A stretch of DNA of 64,000 nt from Promethearchaeia archaeon (GCA_029856125.1 JAHQWJ010000147.1:12509-76508), one strand, 5' to 3'; counted from the stretch's first letter, positions 19,495 to 30,378 are shown. The notes: generated by a model from the letters alone, not told the origin. Numbers and translations: made by a program.

Positions 19495-21762
19495 ATGATT
19501 AGCAAAGTAAACAGTCTGAAAAAACATCTCGAAGTATCGGACGAGATTTACAAAACGATTATAAATGATATTAGGGATACAATTGTCGAGATAGATTTGA
19601 ACGGTAATTTCACTTATGCCAGCCCTCAGTGTTTTCAGATGTTTGGGTTTAAACCACATGAGGTGATTGGCAGAAAAGCGCTTCGATTTGTCCATCCTGA
19701 AGATTTGAAGACTGTTATGGAAGCTATGAGAAATGCTATTGAAAAAAAGTTACATCTTTCTTATGAGTACAGAGCAAAACATAAAGATGGGAGTTATGTT
19801 TATGTTTCAACTAAAGGAGGATTAATCACCCGAGAAGGGAAGCAATTTTTAATTGGAGTAGTAAGAGATATTACAGAAAAAAAGATTGCAGAAATAAAAT
19901 TGAAGGAATCAGAGAAAAAATATCGAAATATTATTGAAAATACTAAGGATGCGATCGTCATAATAGATTTTGAGGGAAAATTGTTATACATCTCACCCCA
20001 ACTATCGAAGATGTTGAAAGGAAGAGAAATCACCAAAAACAGTAGATTCTTTTATTATATCCACAAAGATGATGTTAAGAAATTAATTTCTTTTTATAGA
20101 ACTACTATTATAGAGAAGAGTTTTCTTGAACAACCAGTTGAATTCAGAATTATGCCTAAGCATGGAGATTTCATGTGGATTTCCAGTTCTTCTAAAAATT
20201 ACTATGACGATTTTGGAAATGTCATTGGCTTTATTTCAACTCTTAAGGATATTACTGATAAAAAAAATGCTGAACATAAGCTAGAAGAATCGGAACAAAA
20301 ATATCGTCTTATTACGGAAGAATCTAACGATCTCATAAGAGTTTTAAACGACAAATTTGAACTCGAATATGTAAACGAAAATTCACTCAAAATTTTATTA
20401 GGTTATACTAAGCAAGAACTACTTGGTAAAAATTCGATTATCTTAAACCATCCTAATGATTATAAAAAAGTCCGACGTTTTATGCTCAAAGTCTTCAAAA
20501 ATAGAGAAAATATGCATGAAACAAGGATAAGACATAAAAATGGTAAATGGGTGTGGTTTGAGAATAAAGCAAAAATGTTTACCGATGAACATGGTAATCA
20601 AAAATACTTATACATATCCCGGGACATCACTGAAAGGAAAAAAGCTGAAAAAGCTCTTAAAGAATCAGAAGAAAAATACCGAAGTTTATATGAAAACTCT
20701 CCCAATGCTGTAGTTTTAACGAATGAAAAGGGATTGATATTAGATATCAACTCATCAGCAGAAAGAATTCTAGGATATAAACGAGAGGATATTATTGGGA
20801 AAAACTATACGGAATTCAATATGGTTACTTATGATCAGATCTCGACTATTAAAAACAAGTATAAGGATCTTCTCAATGGCATTAAGCCCAAATCTATTGA
20901 GCTACAAATAAAAAGAAAAAACGGTAATATATCATGGATATCTTTTCAGAGTTCAATGATTAAAATTGATAAGGAAATTATAATTGAATCGATTTGTCAA
21001 GATATTACTAAAAAAAAAAAAGCTGAAAACCTCATAATCGAAGAAAATAAAAGATTAATGGAACTAAACAAAATAAAAAACGAATTTATCTCAAGAGCTT
21101 CCCACGAGTTGAAAACTCCAATAACTTCAATATATGGGGGATCTCAAATCTTAATGGAATTATATAAAGATCAGACGTGTTCAGATGCGATAGAATTTAT
21201 AGAATTGATTAATAGAGGGGGAAAGAGATTAAAACTTCTAGTTGATAATTTACTTGATGCTTCAAGAATTGATTCTGATAAATTAAGATTAAATCTTCAA
21301 AGTGAGAACATAACACAAATTATACGGGACAGCACGATCGAAATTCGATACTTAGCCTATAAGCGGAATATTATCATAGAACAGCACTTGCCTGAAACCG
21401 TAAATATTGTAGTAGATAAAATTAGAATTGAACAAGTTATCACTAATCTAATCTCAAATGCGATTAAAAATACTCCAAGAAAAGGGATTATATTGCTAGT
21501 TTTAGAGGATAAACCTGATAGCGTTTTATTTAAAGTAAAGGATTCGGGTATAGGATTGACGGAAAAAGAAATGGATAAGCTTTTTAGGAAATTTGGAAAA
21601 ATAGAACGAATCGGTCCAAAAATGGATATTGACATCGAAGGTTCAGGTTTAGGATTGTATATTTCAAAGGAAATAATAGATCTGCACGGAGGAAATATTT
21701 GGGTCGAATCTGAGGGCAGAAATAAAGGGGCAACATTTTACTTCAAGCTATTTAAAAAATAA
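19495..21762 (+). CDS. Cytoplasmic multi-PAS sensor histidine kinase
   Basis: Four PAS/PAC repeats ending in DIT, H-box ASHELKTP, N-box NLISNAIK, DSGIG, GSGLGL. Confidence 0.93.
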   Translation: MISKVNSLKKHLEVSDEIYKTIINDIRDTIVEIDLNGNFTYASPQCFQMFGFKPHEVIGRKALRFVHPEDLKTVMEAMRNAIEKKLHLSYEYRAKHKDGSYVYVSTKGGLITREGKQFLIGVVRDITEKKIAEIKLKESEKKYRNIIENTKDAIVIIDFEGKLLYISPQLSKMLKGREITKNSRFFYYIHKDDVKKLISFYRTTIIEKSFLEQPVEFRIMPKHGDFMWISSSSKNYYDDFGNVIGFISTLKDITDKKNAEHKLEESEQKYRLITEESNDLIRVLNDKFELEYVNENSLKILLGYTKQELLGKNSIILNHPNDYKKVRRFMLKVFKNRENMHETRIRHKNGKWVWFENKAKMFTDEHGNQKYLYISRDITERKKAEKALKESEEKYRSLYENSPNAVVLTNEKGLILDINSSAERILGYKREDIIGKNYTEFNMVTYDQISTIKNKYKDLLNGIKPKSIELQIKRKNGNISWISFQSSMIKIDKEIIIESICQDITKKKKAENLIIEENKRLMELNKIKNEFISRASHELKTPITSIYGGSQILMELYKDQTCSDAIEFIELINRGGKRLKLLVDNLLDASRIDSDKLRLNLQSENITQIIRDSTIEIRYLAYKRNIIIEQHLPETVNIVVDKIRIEQVITNLISNAIKNTPRKGIILLVLEDKPDSVLFKVKDSGIGLTEKEMDKLFRKFGKIERIGPKMDIDIEGSGLGLYISKEIIDLHGGNIWVESEGRNKGATFYFKLFKK

Positions 21763-21853
21763 GTTATAGAAAATACTTAGTTTTATTAGATTTTATTCAC
21801 TTGCTTTTTTTTTATGATAAAATTTTAATTTTCTTGCTTTTATCTAGAATGTT

Positions 21854-22528
21854 ATGAGCGTTGAGAAACGATATTATCAAAAAAATATGTGTATTAACAA
21901 TACTAATGCTCTGATAATTGTTGATATGCAAAATGATTTTATGCCTGATGGGGCTTTACCTGTCGAAGAGGGCGATCAAATAATTGATGGTATAAATCGA
22001 ATATCTGAAATTTTTAAAAAATATAATGGAAAGATCATTTTAACACAGGATTGGCATCCAAAGAATCATAAATCTTTTGCTAGTAGCTACATTGATAAAA
22101 AACCAGGTGATGAATATCATTCTGATGGCATTGGACCTATATTATGGCCAGATCACTGTGTCCAAGGAACAAAAGGAGCACAATTTCATGATAAATTGAA
22201 TATTGATCTAGCTCACGCCACAATCCGTAAAGGTTTTAATCCTGAGGTAGATAGTTATTCAGCCTTTATTGAAAATGATAAAAAATCTGAAACTAGACTT
22301 AAAGGTTGTCTTAATTCCTTGAAAATTAAAAAGATTTTTATTTGTGGATTAGCTTTAGACTATTGTTGCTATTACACCGCTTTAGATGGAATAGCTTTTG
22401 GTTTTGAGGTTTATTTTTTAGTAAATTTAACCAGAGGTATTGATTTACCTCCTGGAAACATCTCTAAATCTCTTCAGCACATGAAGGAGAAAGGAGTTAA
22501 ATTCGCTACAATAGATAATTTGATATAA
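21854..22528 (+). CDS. pncA: Nicotinamidase/pyrazinamidase
   Basis: VDMQNDF, QDWHP, WPDHCVQ, DSYSAF, GLALDYC. Confidence 0.92.
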   Translation: MSVEKRYYQKNMCINNTNALIIVDMQNDFMPDGALPVEEGDQIIDGINRISEIFKKYNGKIILTQDWHPKNHKSFASSYIDKKPGDEYHSDGIGPILWPDHCVQGTKGAQFHDKLNIDLAHATIRKGFNPEVDSYSAFIENDKKSETRLKGCLNSLKIKKIFICGLALDYCCYYTALDGIAFGFEVYFLVNLTRGIDLPPGNISKSLQHMKEKGVKFATIDNLI

Positions 22529-22637
22529 TATATAAATACAAATTTCTAATCATTTAACTTCAATTGCTAAACTAATATTCAAAATCATTTCTAAATCATA
22601 AATTAATTATTAAGAAAAAGAATTTTCAACACTATTA

Positions 22638-23102
22638 ATGAATTTTTCTAATTTACTAATAGTGTGTTCTGTCAGTACTGCCCGCAGCAAGATGGCCGAA
22701 GGATTTTTCAGAGATTTCTTTATCCGTAATGGAATGGATGTTTCGGTATCTTCTGGGGGCATAGCTTCAAACGCAAGGGATGGAATGCTTATATCTTTAG
22801 ATGCGAAATTGGTTATGAAAGAGATAGGTATCATATTATCTGACAATGCAGTGTCGATCGACCTAAAAAAAAGACCGGAATTAATTAACAAAGCAGATTT
22901 AATTCTGACGCTAACTGAAAAACATAAAAAAGAAGTGCTAAAATATAATAACTCCAGCGATAATAAAGTCCAAACTTTAAGAGAATTTGCTGGAGAGAGT
23001 GGAGATATCGAAGACCCATCAATGAAAGGAGTTGAGGGTTTTCGAAAATCACGTGACGAGATAAATCGTTGTATTTTTAAAGGATTGAAAAGATTTGAAT
23101 GA
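22638..23102 (+). CDS. Low-molecular-weight protein tyrosine phosphatase/ArsC family protein
   Basis: VCSVSTARSKMAEG (CX5R), ADLILT, DIEDP. Confidence 0.8.
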   Translation: MNFSNLLIVCSVSTARSKMAEGFFRDFFIRNGMDVSVSSGGIASNARDGMLISLDAKLVMKEIGIILSDNAVSIDLKKRPELINKADLILTLTEKHKKEVLKYNNSSDNKVQTLREFAGESGDIEDPSMKGVEGFRKSRDEINRCIFKGLKRFE

Positions 23103-23953
23103 TAATTATGATTGAATATATAATAATAGCTATATTACAAGGGTTATTCGAATGGTTACCAATTTCTTCTTCGGGTCAAGTTATGATAGTTTCAGTTAAT
23201 TTTTTTGGAATTCCTCCTGAACAAGCCTTTAGTTTAAGTATTTGGATGCATTTGGGAACAACATTTGCGGTCTTGCTTAAGCTAAGAAAAGATTACATTC
23301 ATATTATTAAATCGATTCTACCAAAGAAGTTTGAAGTTGATGGAAACGATATTAAGAAAAGAAACTGGTTAATTTACGCCACAATTGGAACTGCTATAAC
23401 TGCAATCCCATTATATTTCCTGTTTAAATTCGTAATAATAAAAGGATTTGACGCATTTCAAGGTGAGATTTTAACTTTAGTAATTTCCGGCTTGTTAATT
23501 ATAACTGGAATTGTTTTACTGACTTTTAGAAGTAAATTTGGCATAAAAACTATCGATACTGTTTCAGATCGGGATCTCATCAGGGATTCTAGCATATCTG
23601 GATTAATTCAAGGGATTGCCATACTTCCAGGAATATCCCGTTCAGGTTTTACTGTCTCTACTATCTTATTCGAGAAATATAACCAAGATCAAAGTTTAAA
23701 ATTAAGTTTTTTGATGTCCGTCCCAGTAGCTCTTGCGTCAATCGGGATGGATATTATTTTCGGAGAAGGATCGGTTTTTGGAACAATTGATCTTTTCACA
23801 ATTTTGATTATAACAGCAGTTAGTTTCATTGTAGGTTACTTTTCAATGGAACTATTGTTAAGAATCGCACGAAAAATCAATTTTAGTTATTTTTGCATCT
23901 TATATGGAGTAGTGTCATTCGTAATAATTGTTCCTTTCATGTTTTTCGGGTAG
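23099..23953 (+). CDS. uppP: Undecaprenyl-diphosphatase (BacA/UppP family)
   Basis: QGLFEWLPISSSG, HLGT, PGISRSG. Confidence 0.9.
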   Translation: MIIMIEYIIIAILQGLFEWLPISSSGQVMIVSVNFFGIPPEQAFSLSIWMHLGTTFAVLLKLRKDYIHIIKSILPKKFEVDGNDIKKRNWLIYATIGTAITAIPLYFLFKFVIIKGFDAFQGEILTLVISGLLIITGIVLLTFRSKFGIKTIDTVSDRDLIRDSSISGLIQGIAILPGISRSGFTVSTILFEKYNQDQSLKLSFLMSVPVALASIGMDIIFGEGSVFGTIDLFTILIITAVSFIVGYFSMELLLRIARKINFSYFCILYGVVSFVIIVPFMFFG

Positions 23954-23956
23954 AAT

Positions 23957-24853
23957 CTATAAATTTCTAATATATTCAATCAGATAACTAGATAAAGCGT
24001 TTTCTACATTTTCTATTCCTCTAAATCCCGGAAAATCGTTTAAATCGATAAGATAAAAACGATCCTTATTTGTTAGTTTTATTAAATCAAATCCAAAAAT
24101 TTTAAGGTTAAGTTCTTCTGACAAAATTTCTGCTAGATATCTAATATCAGCATTGACCTTGAACTCTTTCCGCTTAATAGTATCAACATTAATATTGGAA
24201 GGTTTATCTCTCAAAAAAATATAAATCGGATTTTCTCTTATAATGCCATAAACTTTATCTCCTATTACATAAACCTTTCTTTCAAATCCATCACACTCAA
24301 TAAATTTCTGAATATAGACATCGTAGTATAAAAGATGTTTATACCGATTGCAAAATGTATCTACTTCTTCAATCTTTCTAACTAAGAAGTTAAATCTATT
24401 ATATTTGTCGTGCTGATAATGACTTTTAATTACGATTGGAAGCTTAGGTAAAGCCCATTTTTTAAATTTAAGGACATCTGTAGCATTATTATTCCATGAG
24501 TTAGGAAATGAAAACTTTTTACTAATTTTGGGGTGGTTTTTAAATACCTTTCTTAGAGCATAATCAAGGGATATCTTGTTTTTACACATTTGAACGGTAT
24601 CGACATTATGTAGCGTTGGAATATTATTTGTTTTAGCGTAATGAAGTAAATCGATAGAACAATCGTTTCTTACTTTGACTATTATTAAATCTGCTTCTTT
24701 AATCGATTTAGGCATTCTGGAAAGGTTAAAAAACTTTTTTGTAGGATCGTGAAAGTGTAAGTTAACATCGGGTAACCTTTTTAGCTTATTAATAACACCC
24801 TTAATTATTTCGTGATCTTCCCTAGCTGAAAAAACGACATTTCTTATCATCAA
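23957..24853 (-). CDS. ATP-grasp inositol phosphate kinase (ITPK1-like) A
   Basis: QKFI...KVYVIG...FGFDLI...IDLNDFPGF resembles ITPK1 motifs; inside the ino1 cluster. Confidence 0.7.
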   Translation of the reverse strand: MMIRNVVFSAREDHEIIKGVINKLKRLPDVNLHFHDPTKKFFNLSRMPKSIKEADLIIVKVRNDCSIDLLHYAKTNNIPTLHNVDTVQMCKNKISLDYALRKVFKNHPKISKKFSFPNSWNNNATDVLKFKKWALPKLPIVIKSHYQHDKYNRFNFLVRKIEEVDTFCNRYKHLLYYDVYIQKFIECDGFERKVYVIGDKVYGIIRENPIYIFLRDKPSNINVDTIKRKEFKVNADIRYLAEILSEELNLKIFGFDLIKLTNKDRFYLIDLNDFPGFRGIENVENALSSYLIEYIRNL

Positions 24854-24966
24854 TTAAAAATAAAGAAGCGCAGAATATTCTTAAATTTTCCCTCAATGCA
24901 TACTTTCTTTTTGTATTGTATATTTTAGAAAAATAATAACTTCTTTAAAAAAATGGGGATATTAAT

Positions 24967-26259
24967 TTGAAAGAAAAAGTGTTTAGTAAATTTCTCAGAA
25001 GACAGGTATTGTTAATCGGATTGCTTTACATGGGAGATTACCTTTTCTTCTTTTTTGAGCAGAATTTTTTCAACACGTACTTAGATCATGTACTATATCT
25101 CCCAGAACTCTTCATTTCTATAATGGTTTCCTTATCAGCTACGGTTGGTCTTTTAAGTATGCCATTATGGGGGATTGCAAGTGATAACACAAGAACAAAA
25201 TATGGTAGGCGTCGGCCATTTCTATTATTTGGTATTATGGCTGGATTTGGTATGGTATTATTTAGTTTTGCATATCTGTTATTCGGGAGAACAGAGAGTG
25301 CATATATATGGTGTTTAATAATTGATGTTTTACTTATCGGTATTGCTTCAAATGCGTTTCTCGTAGCTGAAAGATCTCTTATTCCAGATACAGTCGAAGT
25401 TGAAAAAAGGGGGCGTGCAAATGGTATCATTAATTCAATTAGCTACATTGGGCTATTAATTGGTGTAGTATTTCTATTACTAGGAAATGAATTATTTGGC
25501 ATTCCTGATCCTCGCCCGGGTGCTACAGGAACGATTATTACACAAGATGGGCATATGATATTATTATCTATGGGTGGACTTCTTTTTGCTATAGTTGGAA
25601 TTATTGGTTTTTACTTCATAAAAGAAAAACCTGTTTCTGAGCTTCCTGAGAAGAAAAAGTTCTTAACAGAGCTAAAGCAAACTTTTAATATAGCAGAATT
25701 GAAATCCCATAAAGAATTCTTTAAAATTCTTCTAGCATTAGTCATATTCCAGTCTGGGATTTCTTCGATTATGCCGTTTTTATTTATTTTCATCTTCGAT
25801 CAAGGGCTCACAACTCTACAACTCTTATTAGGGATCGCAATCGCATTTCCAGTTGTGTTCGTTGCAACTATTTATTTAGGAAGATTGTCAGATAAATTTG
25901 GAAGAAAAAGATTCGTACCTATATCTATGATTATAGTAAGTATGGGATACCTTTTAATGCCATTTGCTTCAAGTAATTACATCCTATTTATGATTGGTTT
26001 GCCATTCGTGTTAGTAGGTGTATTATCATTAGTAACACCCTTGAATGCGTGGTCTCAAGATTTGTTACCAGAGGATAAACGTGGAAAATTTACAGGAATA
26101 CTAAATATTGTTAACACAGTATCTCAGATTATAGGTTCCTTTGCAGGAGGCATAGTTGCTACTTTATTTGGCATTTCTTGGATATTCGTTCTAGGTCCTG
26201 TCTTTTTTCTAGCCTCGATTCCACTATTTTTGAAAGTAAAAGAAACTGTAAATTTATAA
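24967..26259 (+). CDS. MFS transporter (GPH/sugar-type)
   Basis: SDNTRTKYGRRRPF and GRLSDKFGRK MFS motif A; about 12 TM helices. Confidence 0.9.
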   Translation: MKEKVFSKFLRRQVLLIGLLYMGDYLFFFFEQNFFNTYLDHVLYLPELFISIMVSLSATVGLLSMPLWGIASDNTRTKYGRRRPFLLFGIMAGFGMVLFSFAYLLFGRTESAYIWCLIIDVLLIGIASNAFLVAERSLIPDTVEVEKRGRANGIINSISYIGLLIGVVFLLLGNELFGIPDPRPGATGTIITQDGHMILLSMGGLLFAIVGIIGFYFIKEKPVSELPEKKKFLTELKQTFNIAELKSHKEFFKILLALVIFQSGISSIMPFLFIFIFDQGLTTLQLLLGIAIAFPVVFVATIYLGRLSDKFGRKRFVPISMIIVSMGYLLMPFASSNYILFMIGLPFVLVGVLSLVTPLNAWSQDLLPEDKRGKFTGILNIVNTVSQIIGSFAGGIVATLFGISWIFVLGPVFFLASIPLFLKVKETVNL

Positions 26260-26482
26260 ATAAAATAATACTCTTTTCTCTTTTTTTTACTTCTTTTAGG
26301 ATTCTACTATGATTTTCATCCACAAATATCTCCAATCAAATAATTTCAATAGTGTCAAAAATATCAAAAATCTAATAAATAGAATCCATCTCTATAGTTT
26401 ATTTCAAAATGATTTAAATAATACTTTTTAATATAGATACTATAACGGCGACCACTAAAAATTTAGAAAAAAGTTGAATTAA

Positions 26483-27577
26483 ATGACTGAAAATGATATA
26501 AAAGTCGCAATTATCGGAGTAGGTGACGTTGCAAGCGCATTAGTTGCGGGAGTCGAGAATTACAAGAAAAATCCAGATAAGATCATTGGTTTATTACCAG
26601 AAATTACTCAATATGGAGTAAAAGATATAAATTTTGTCCTCGGTATTGATGTTAATGCTAAAAAGATTGGTAAAGATTTAAGTGAAGCTATTTTTGTTGA
26701 ACCAAATTGTAATAGAAAAACATTTGAGCCAGGATTTTTAGACGCTCCTGTCCTAAAAGGTCCAATATTAGATGGATTAAAAAGTAATATCAAAAACATT
26801 ATACCCGTTGATGAGAATCAAAAAGTCGTAGAGATTGTGAAAGAGTTTAGAAAACGGGATGTTGATGTTGTTGTTATTTTGCTTCCAACAGGCTGCCATG
26901 AAGCGGTTAAATTCTATGCTATGGCAAGTCTTGATGCGGGAGCTTGTGTGGTTAACGGTATGCCTTCACATGTAGTTAAAGATTCAGAAATTGTTGAAAA
27001 AGCTCTAAAATTAGAACTTCCATTAATTGGTGACGATGTAAAATCTCAAATAGGAGCTACTATAATACATCGATCGCTAGCAAATCTCTTTCCAATGCGT
27101 GGCGCAATTCTTGACAGAACTATACAGCTTGATTGGGGAGGGTCATCGGATTTCTGCAATTTATTAACCCCTCAATCTAATGGTGAATTAATATATGAGG
27201 AAGGAAAACGTCAATCTAAAACTGAATCGGTAATAGCAAATTTACAGAATAAAGACGATTTAGAATGTCGAATATCTGCGGTAGATTATATTCCATTCTT
27301 AAAGAATCAAAAAGAGGCTTATATGAGATTAGAGGGGAGGATTTTTGGTGGTGCCCCTGTTCGAGTCGATATTACTATGTTTGTAGAAGATGGTAATAAT
27401 TCCGCAGGTATAATAGCAGATTGCATAAGGGTTATAAAAATTGCTAAAGATCGCAAAATTGGGGGGGTTTTACAATCAGCTTGCTCGTTTTTTAATAAAC
27501 ATCCTCCAGAACAATTAGATGATTATGTTGCAAAAAAACAACTTATAGAATTTCTAGAAAATAGAAGAGAACGATAA
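26483..27577 (+). CDS. ino1: myo-Inositol-1-phosphate synthase
   Basis: IIGVGDVASAL, GDDVKSQIGAT, QLDWGGSSDF, SKT, EDGNNSAG. Confidence 0.88.
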   Translation: MTENDIKVAIIGVGDVASALVAGVENYKKNPDKIIGLLPEITQYGVKDINFVLGIDVNAKKIGKDLSEAIFVEPNCNRKTFEPGFLDAPVLKGPILDGLKSNIKNIIPVDENQKVVEIVKEFRKRDVDVVVILLPTGCHEAVKFYAMASLDAGACVVNGMPSHVVKDSEIVEKALKLELPLIGDDVKSQIGATIIHRSLANLFPMRGAILDRTIQLDWGGSSDFCNLLTPQSNGELIYEEGKRQSKTESVIANLQNKDDLECRISAVDYIPFLKNQKEAYMRLEGRIFGGAPVRVDITMFVEDGNNSAGIIADCIRVIKIAKDRKIGGVLQSACSFFNKHPPEQLDDYVAKKQLIEFLENRRER

Positions 27578-27609
27578 TAAGATACGTGAAACTTGATACT
27601 TTTAAAAAC

Positions 27610-28521
27610 TTAGCTCTTAGCTTTAACAAATGCGTTTCGATATATTTCTCGCGTATTAATTAAATTATAAATATGATCTGAAACTAAACTTATTCCTTCT
27701 GGCACGCTCCTAAAGCTAGGAAAATCGTTAATATCTACGATATAAGGTCCCTTCTCGGTTAATATGTAATCTAACCCAAAAACTGACATCCCAAACTTTC
27801 GGCCTAATCGAATAATCCTCTTTTTGAATGGTTCTTCCACTGGAATCCTAATATGGATGAGTTCCAGAGGAGACAATTTATCTAATTGCTGTAAACGATT
27901 ATGAGAAGTTATTGAAACAACCCAATTACCTATAACATAAATTTTATAGAGAATATCATGTTCCCCTAAATATTCTTGAAAAAATAACTCGCTTCCATTG
28001 TAATTTTTTATCAATTCAAGTAATTCTCTGTGATTTTTAGCGATACCAATTATTCTATCATTCTTAGGTAAATCTGGAATGTTATGAGGATTTAATTTTA
28101 CAATAATTGGTGTGCCTTTTTGAGAAACACGAATCGCTTCTAATTTATTAGAAAAAGAGCGTGGGGTTAGAATTTTTTTGTAATTTTTATTTATAAAATT
28201 AAAAGTGTTTTGCCTACTCTCACATAATTGAACGGATTCTAGGGTGTTAAGAATAGGAATTTCAGGACACGTTTTTTTAACGATTCTATAGATTTTTTCA
28301 TTTAACTCTTGAGTTGTCAGTTTTACAAGTAAAAACGAAATTGGATATTTTCTTAATCGTTTTTCAAGATACTTAGCATTAAACGATTCTAATCCGTTTT
28401 TCATTAAATTAACTATTGTTATATTATAATTTTTAATTAAGAACTTCTTGATGTTTTCCAAAACTTCAAGATCTCTATTACAAATGGCTCCAATATATTT
28501 TCGCTTTAAATTATTCGCCAT
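27610..28521 (-). CDS. ATP-grasp inositol phosphate kinase (ITPK1-like) B
   Basis: QEYL..HDILYKIYVIG, VFGLDYI, VDINDFPSF. Confidence 0.72.
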   Translation of the reverse strand: MANNLKRKYIGAICNRDLEVLENIKKFLIKNYNITIVNLMKNGLESFNAKYLEKRLRKYPISFLLVKLTTQELNEKIYRIVKKTCPEIPILNTLESVQLCESRQNTFNFINKNYKKILTPRSFSNKLEAIRVSQKGTPIIVKLNPHNIPDLPKNDRIIGIAKNHRELLELIKNYNGSELFFQEYLGEHDILYKIYVIGNWVVSITSHNRLQQLDKLSPLELIHIRIPVEEPFKKRIIRLGRKFGMSVFGLDYILTEKGPYIVDINDFPSFRSVPEGISLVSDHIYNLINTREIYRNAFVKAKS

Positions 28522-28713
28522 TTAAAAAACCCATGCAATTTGATTTCTAAAAAACAAATTAAAATATATAAATGTATTGATAAATGAGTCCGAGTAATAT
28601 TTCTATTTAGTTTATTATTTTTTCGCTATTATATATACTTTAAAATAACTTAGTTTTATATTATTCATAAAGGAAAGATTTTTTCATCGATTGCGTTTAA
28701 TTGGGGTGGTTAT

Positions 28714-29532
28714 TTGATAAAAATAGGATTACTGACGGATAGTTACCATTTAGAGAAAAAATCGATTCAATTCTTAAAATATATTAAACCATTAGCAGAT
28801 ATATCAGTTTATCTCGAAGAAGACTATCTAATTAATTTCTCGAATTACTTTTTCGAGGAAGATATTTTTTTTGTGAAAGCGAAAGGAGACTTAGTATTAA
28901 ATTTAGTGAAATTAATAGAAAAAGAAACTAGTATTCCAGTAATTAATTCATCAAGAGGAATCTCTCTTGCTTTTAATAGATTTTTAAATAGCGTTGCCTT
29001 AAGAAAAGCGGGGATTCAAGTTCCCAATTTTTCGCTAAATCCTGTAGGACAGCCACCCCCATTTAATGAATACATAATTAAAAATATTATGGACCAAAAA
29101 AATTATGCATTTAATCCTCAAGTTCAGAAAAAAGAGGGATATTTAAGTGTAATTGATGTTCGCGCTATCAATGAATCGAGTGGAAATTACCCAAAATACA
29201 CACATCTATACTATCAAGAATTTATTAAGAGTAAATGGGAATACAAAGTGTATCTTGTAGGTGAAAACCTTCTTTACTTCAAACAATTACCAGTTTTAAT
29301 AAATCCTGATAAAATGAAATCTAGAACAAAAATAGAGAAAATTCCCGAATTAACAGAAATGGCTTATACTGCTACAGAAACAATTGGATTAAAAATAAGC
29401 TCTATGGATTTCTTAAAATCAAAAGATGGAAATTATTTCTTGACAGATATAAATGCATCCCCAAATTTTAATTACATCAAGAATGGTCCTAAAATTATAG
29501 GAGATTATCTGATAAAACAAGCTAAACTATAG
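28714..29532 (+). CDS. ATP-grasp inositol phosphate kinase-like protein C
   Basis: QEFI...YKVYLVG, MDFL, TDINASPNF; GGGGTGGT SD before TTG. Confidence 0.6.
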   Translation: MIKIGLLTDSYHLEKKSIQFLKYIKPLADISVYLEEDYLINFSNYFFEEDIFFVKAKGDLVLNLVKLIEKETSIPVINSSRGISLAFNRFLNSVALRKAGIQVPNFSLNPVGQPPPFNEYIIKNIMDQKNYAFNPQVQKKEGYLSVIDVRAINESSGNYPKYTHLYYQEFIKSKWEYKVYLVGENLLYFKQLPVLINPDKMKSRTKIEKIPELTEMAYTATETIGLKISSMDFLKSKDGNYFLTDINASPNFNYIKNGPKIIGDYLIKQAKL

Positions 29533-29546
29533 GAAGAAGAGCAATT

Positions 29547-30329
29547 ATGAAAATAGGAATTTTATCAAAAAGGAGGGGAAATTTCGCTGGGGAAATTCAA
29601 AAATATCTTGAGCTTAAAGGGCATGATGTAAAAATCTTTACAGTAGATGATTTAATTGTTAATGAAATGCTTCTTAAAAGAGATTTATATATATTAAAAT
29701 CTAAACACTTACTTTATCTTTATGCAGGTTATTTTTTAGAAGCTAATATGATTCCCGTCATTCCAAACACTACTATCAGTTATTTTCATAAAAATCGGGT
29801 TGAATCGTATTTTTCTATGAAAAAGCTTGATTTATTATGTCCAAATATTTTTATGGGTACCTTTAAAACTCTTAGAAGTCAACTTCAAGAGTCAAGTTTT
29901 CCCCTCATTTCAAAACCTATGCATGGATCTGGAAGTAGGGGTGTCAAAGTGTATAATTCTCTTCAAGAGTTTAATGTTTCTACCGATAATTATCTCTATC
30001 TAGAAAATTTTATCAAAGGAACGCACTATTTAGCTTATTTTATAGAAGATGAAATTTGCATATGCAAAAAAAGACCACTCTCAAATGAACATCAAGATAC
30101 TGAATTAATCGAATCCGATAAAGAAATAGAAAAATATCTTATTAAATGGAAAGAAAAATATAATCTGTTATTTGGACATCTCGATCTAGTTAGAGAAACG
30201 AATACAAATAAGTTATATGTGGTAGATGCAGGTACTTTTCCGGAATTCTCTAATTGGAAGCGTGATACTGATCCTACTTCGAAAATATGTGACTTAATTT
30301 TAAAAGAATTCAGGATGTTAAAGAACTAA
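29547..30329 (+). CDS. ATP-grasp protein D (ITPK1/RimK-like)
   Basis: FPLISKPMHGSGSRGV, LENFI, LFGHLDLV, VDAGTFPEF. Confidence 0.6.
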   Translation: MKIGILSKRRGNFAGEIQKYLELKGHDVKIFTVDDLIVNEMLLKRDLYILKSKHLLYLYAGYFLEANMIPVIPNTTISYFHKNRVESYFSMKKLDLLCPNIFMGTFKTLRSQLQESSFPLISKPMHGSGSRGVKVYNSLQEFNVSTDNYLYLENFIKGTHYLAYFIEDEICICKKRPLSNEHQDTELIESDKEIEKYLIKWKEKYNLLFGHLDLVRETNTNKLYVVDAGTFPEFSNWKRDTDPTSKICDLILKEFRMLKN

Positions 30330-30378
30330 ATAGGTGTAAATAATAAGTTAATTAGTAAGTATTGAATTTCAATTCTTA

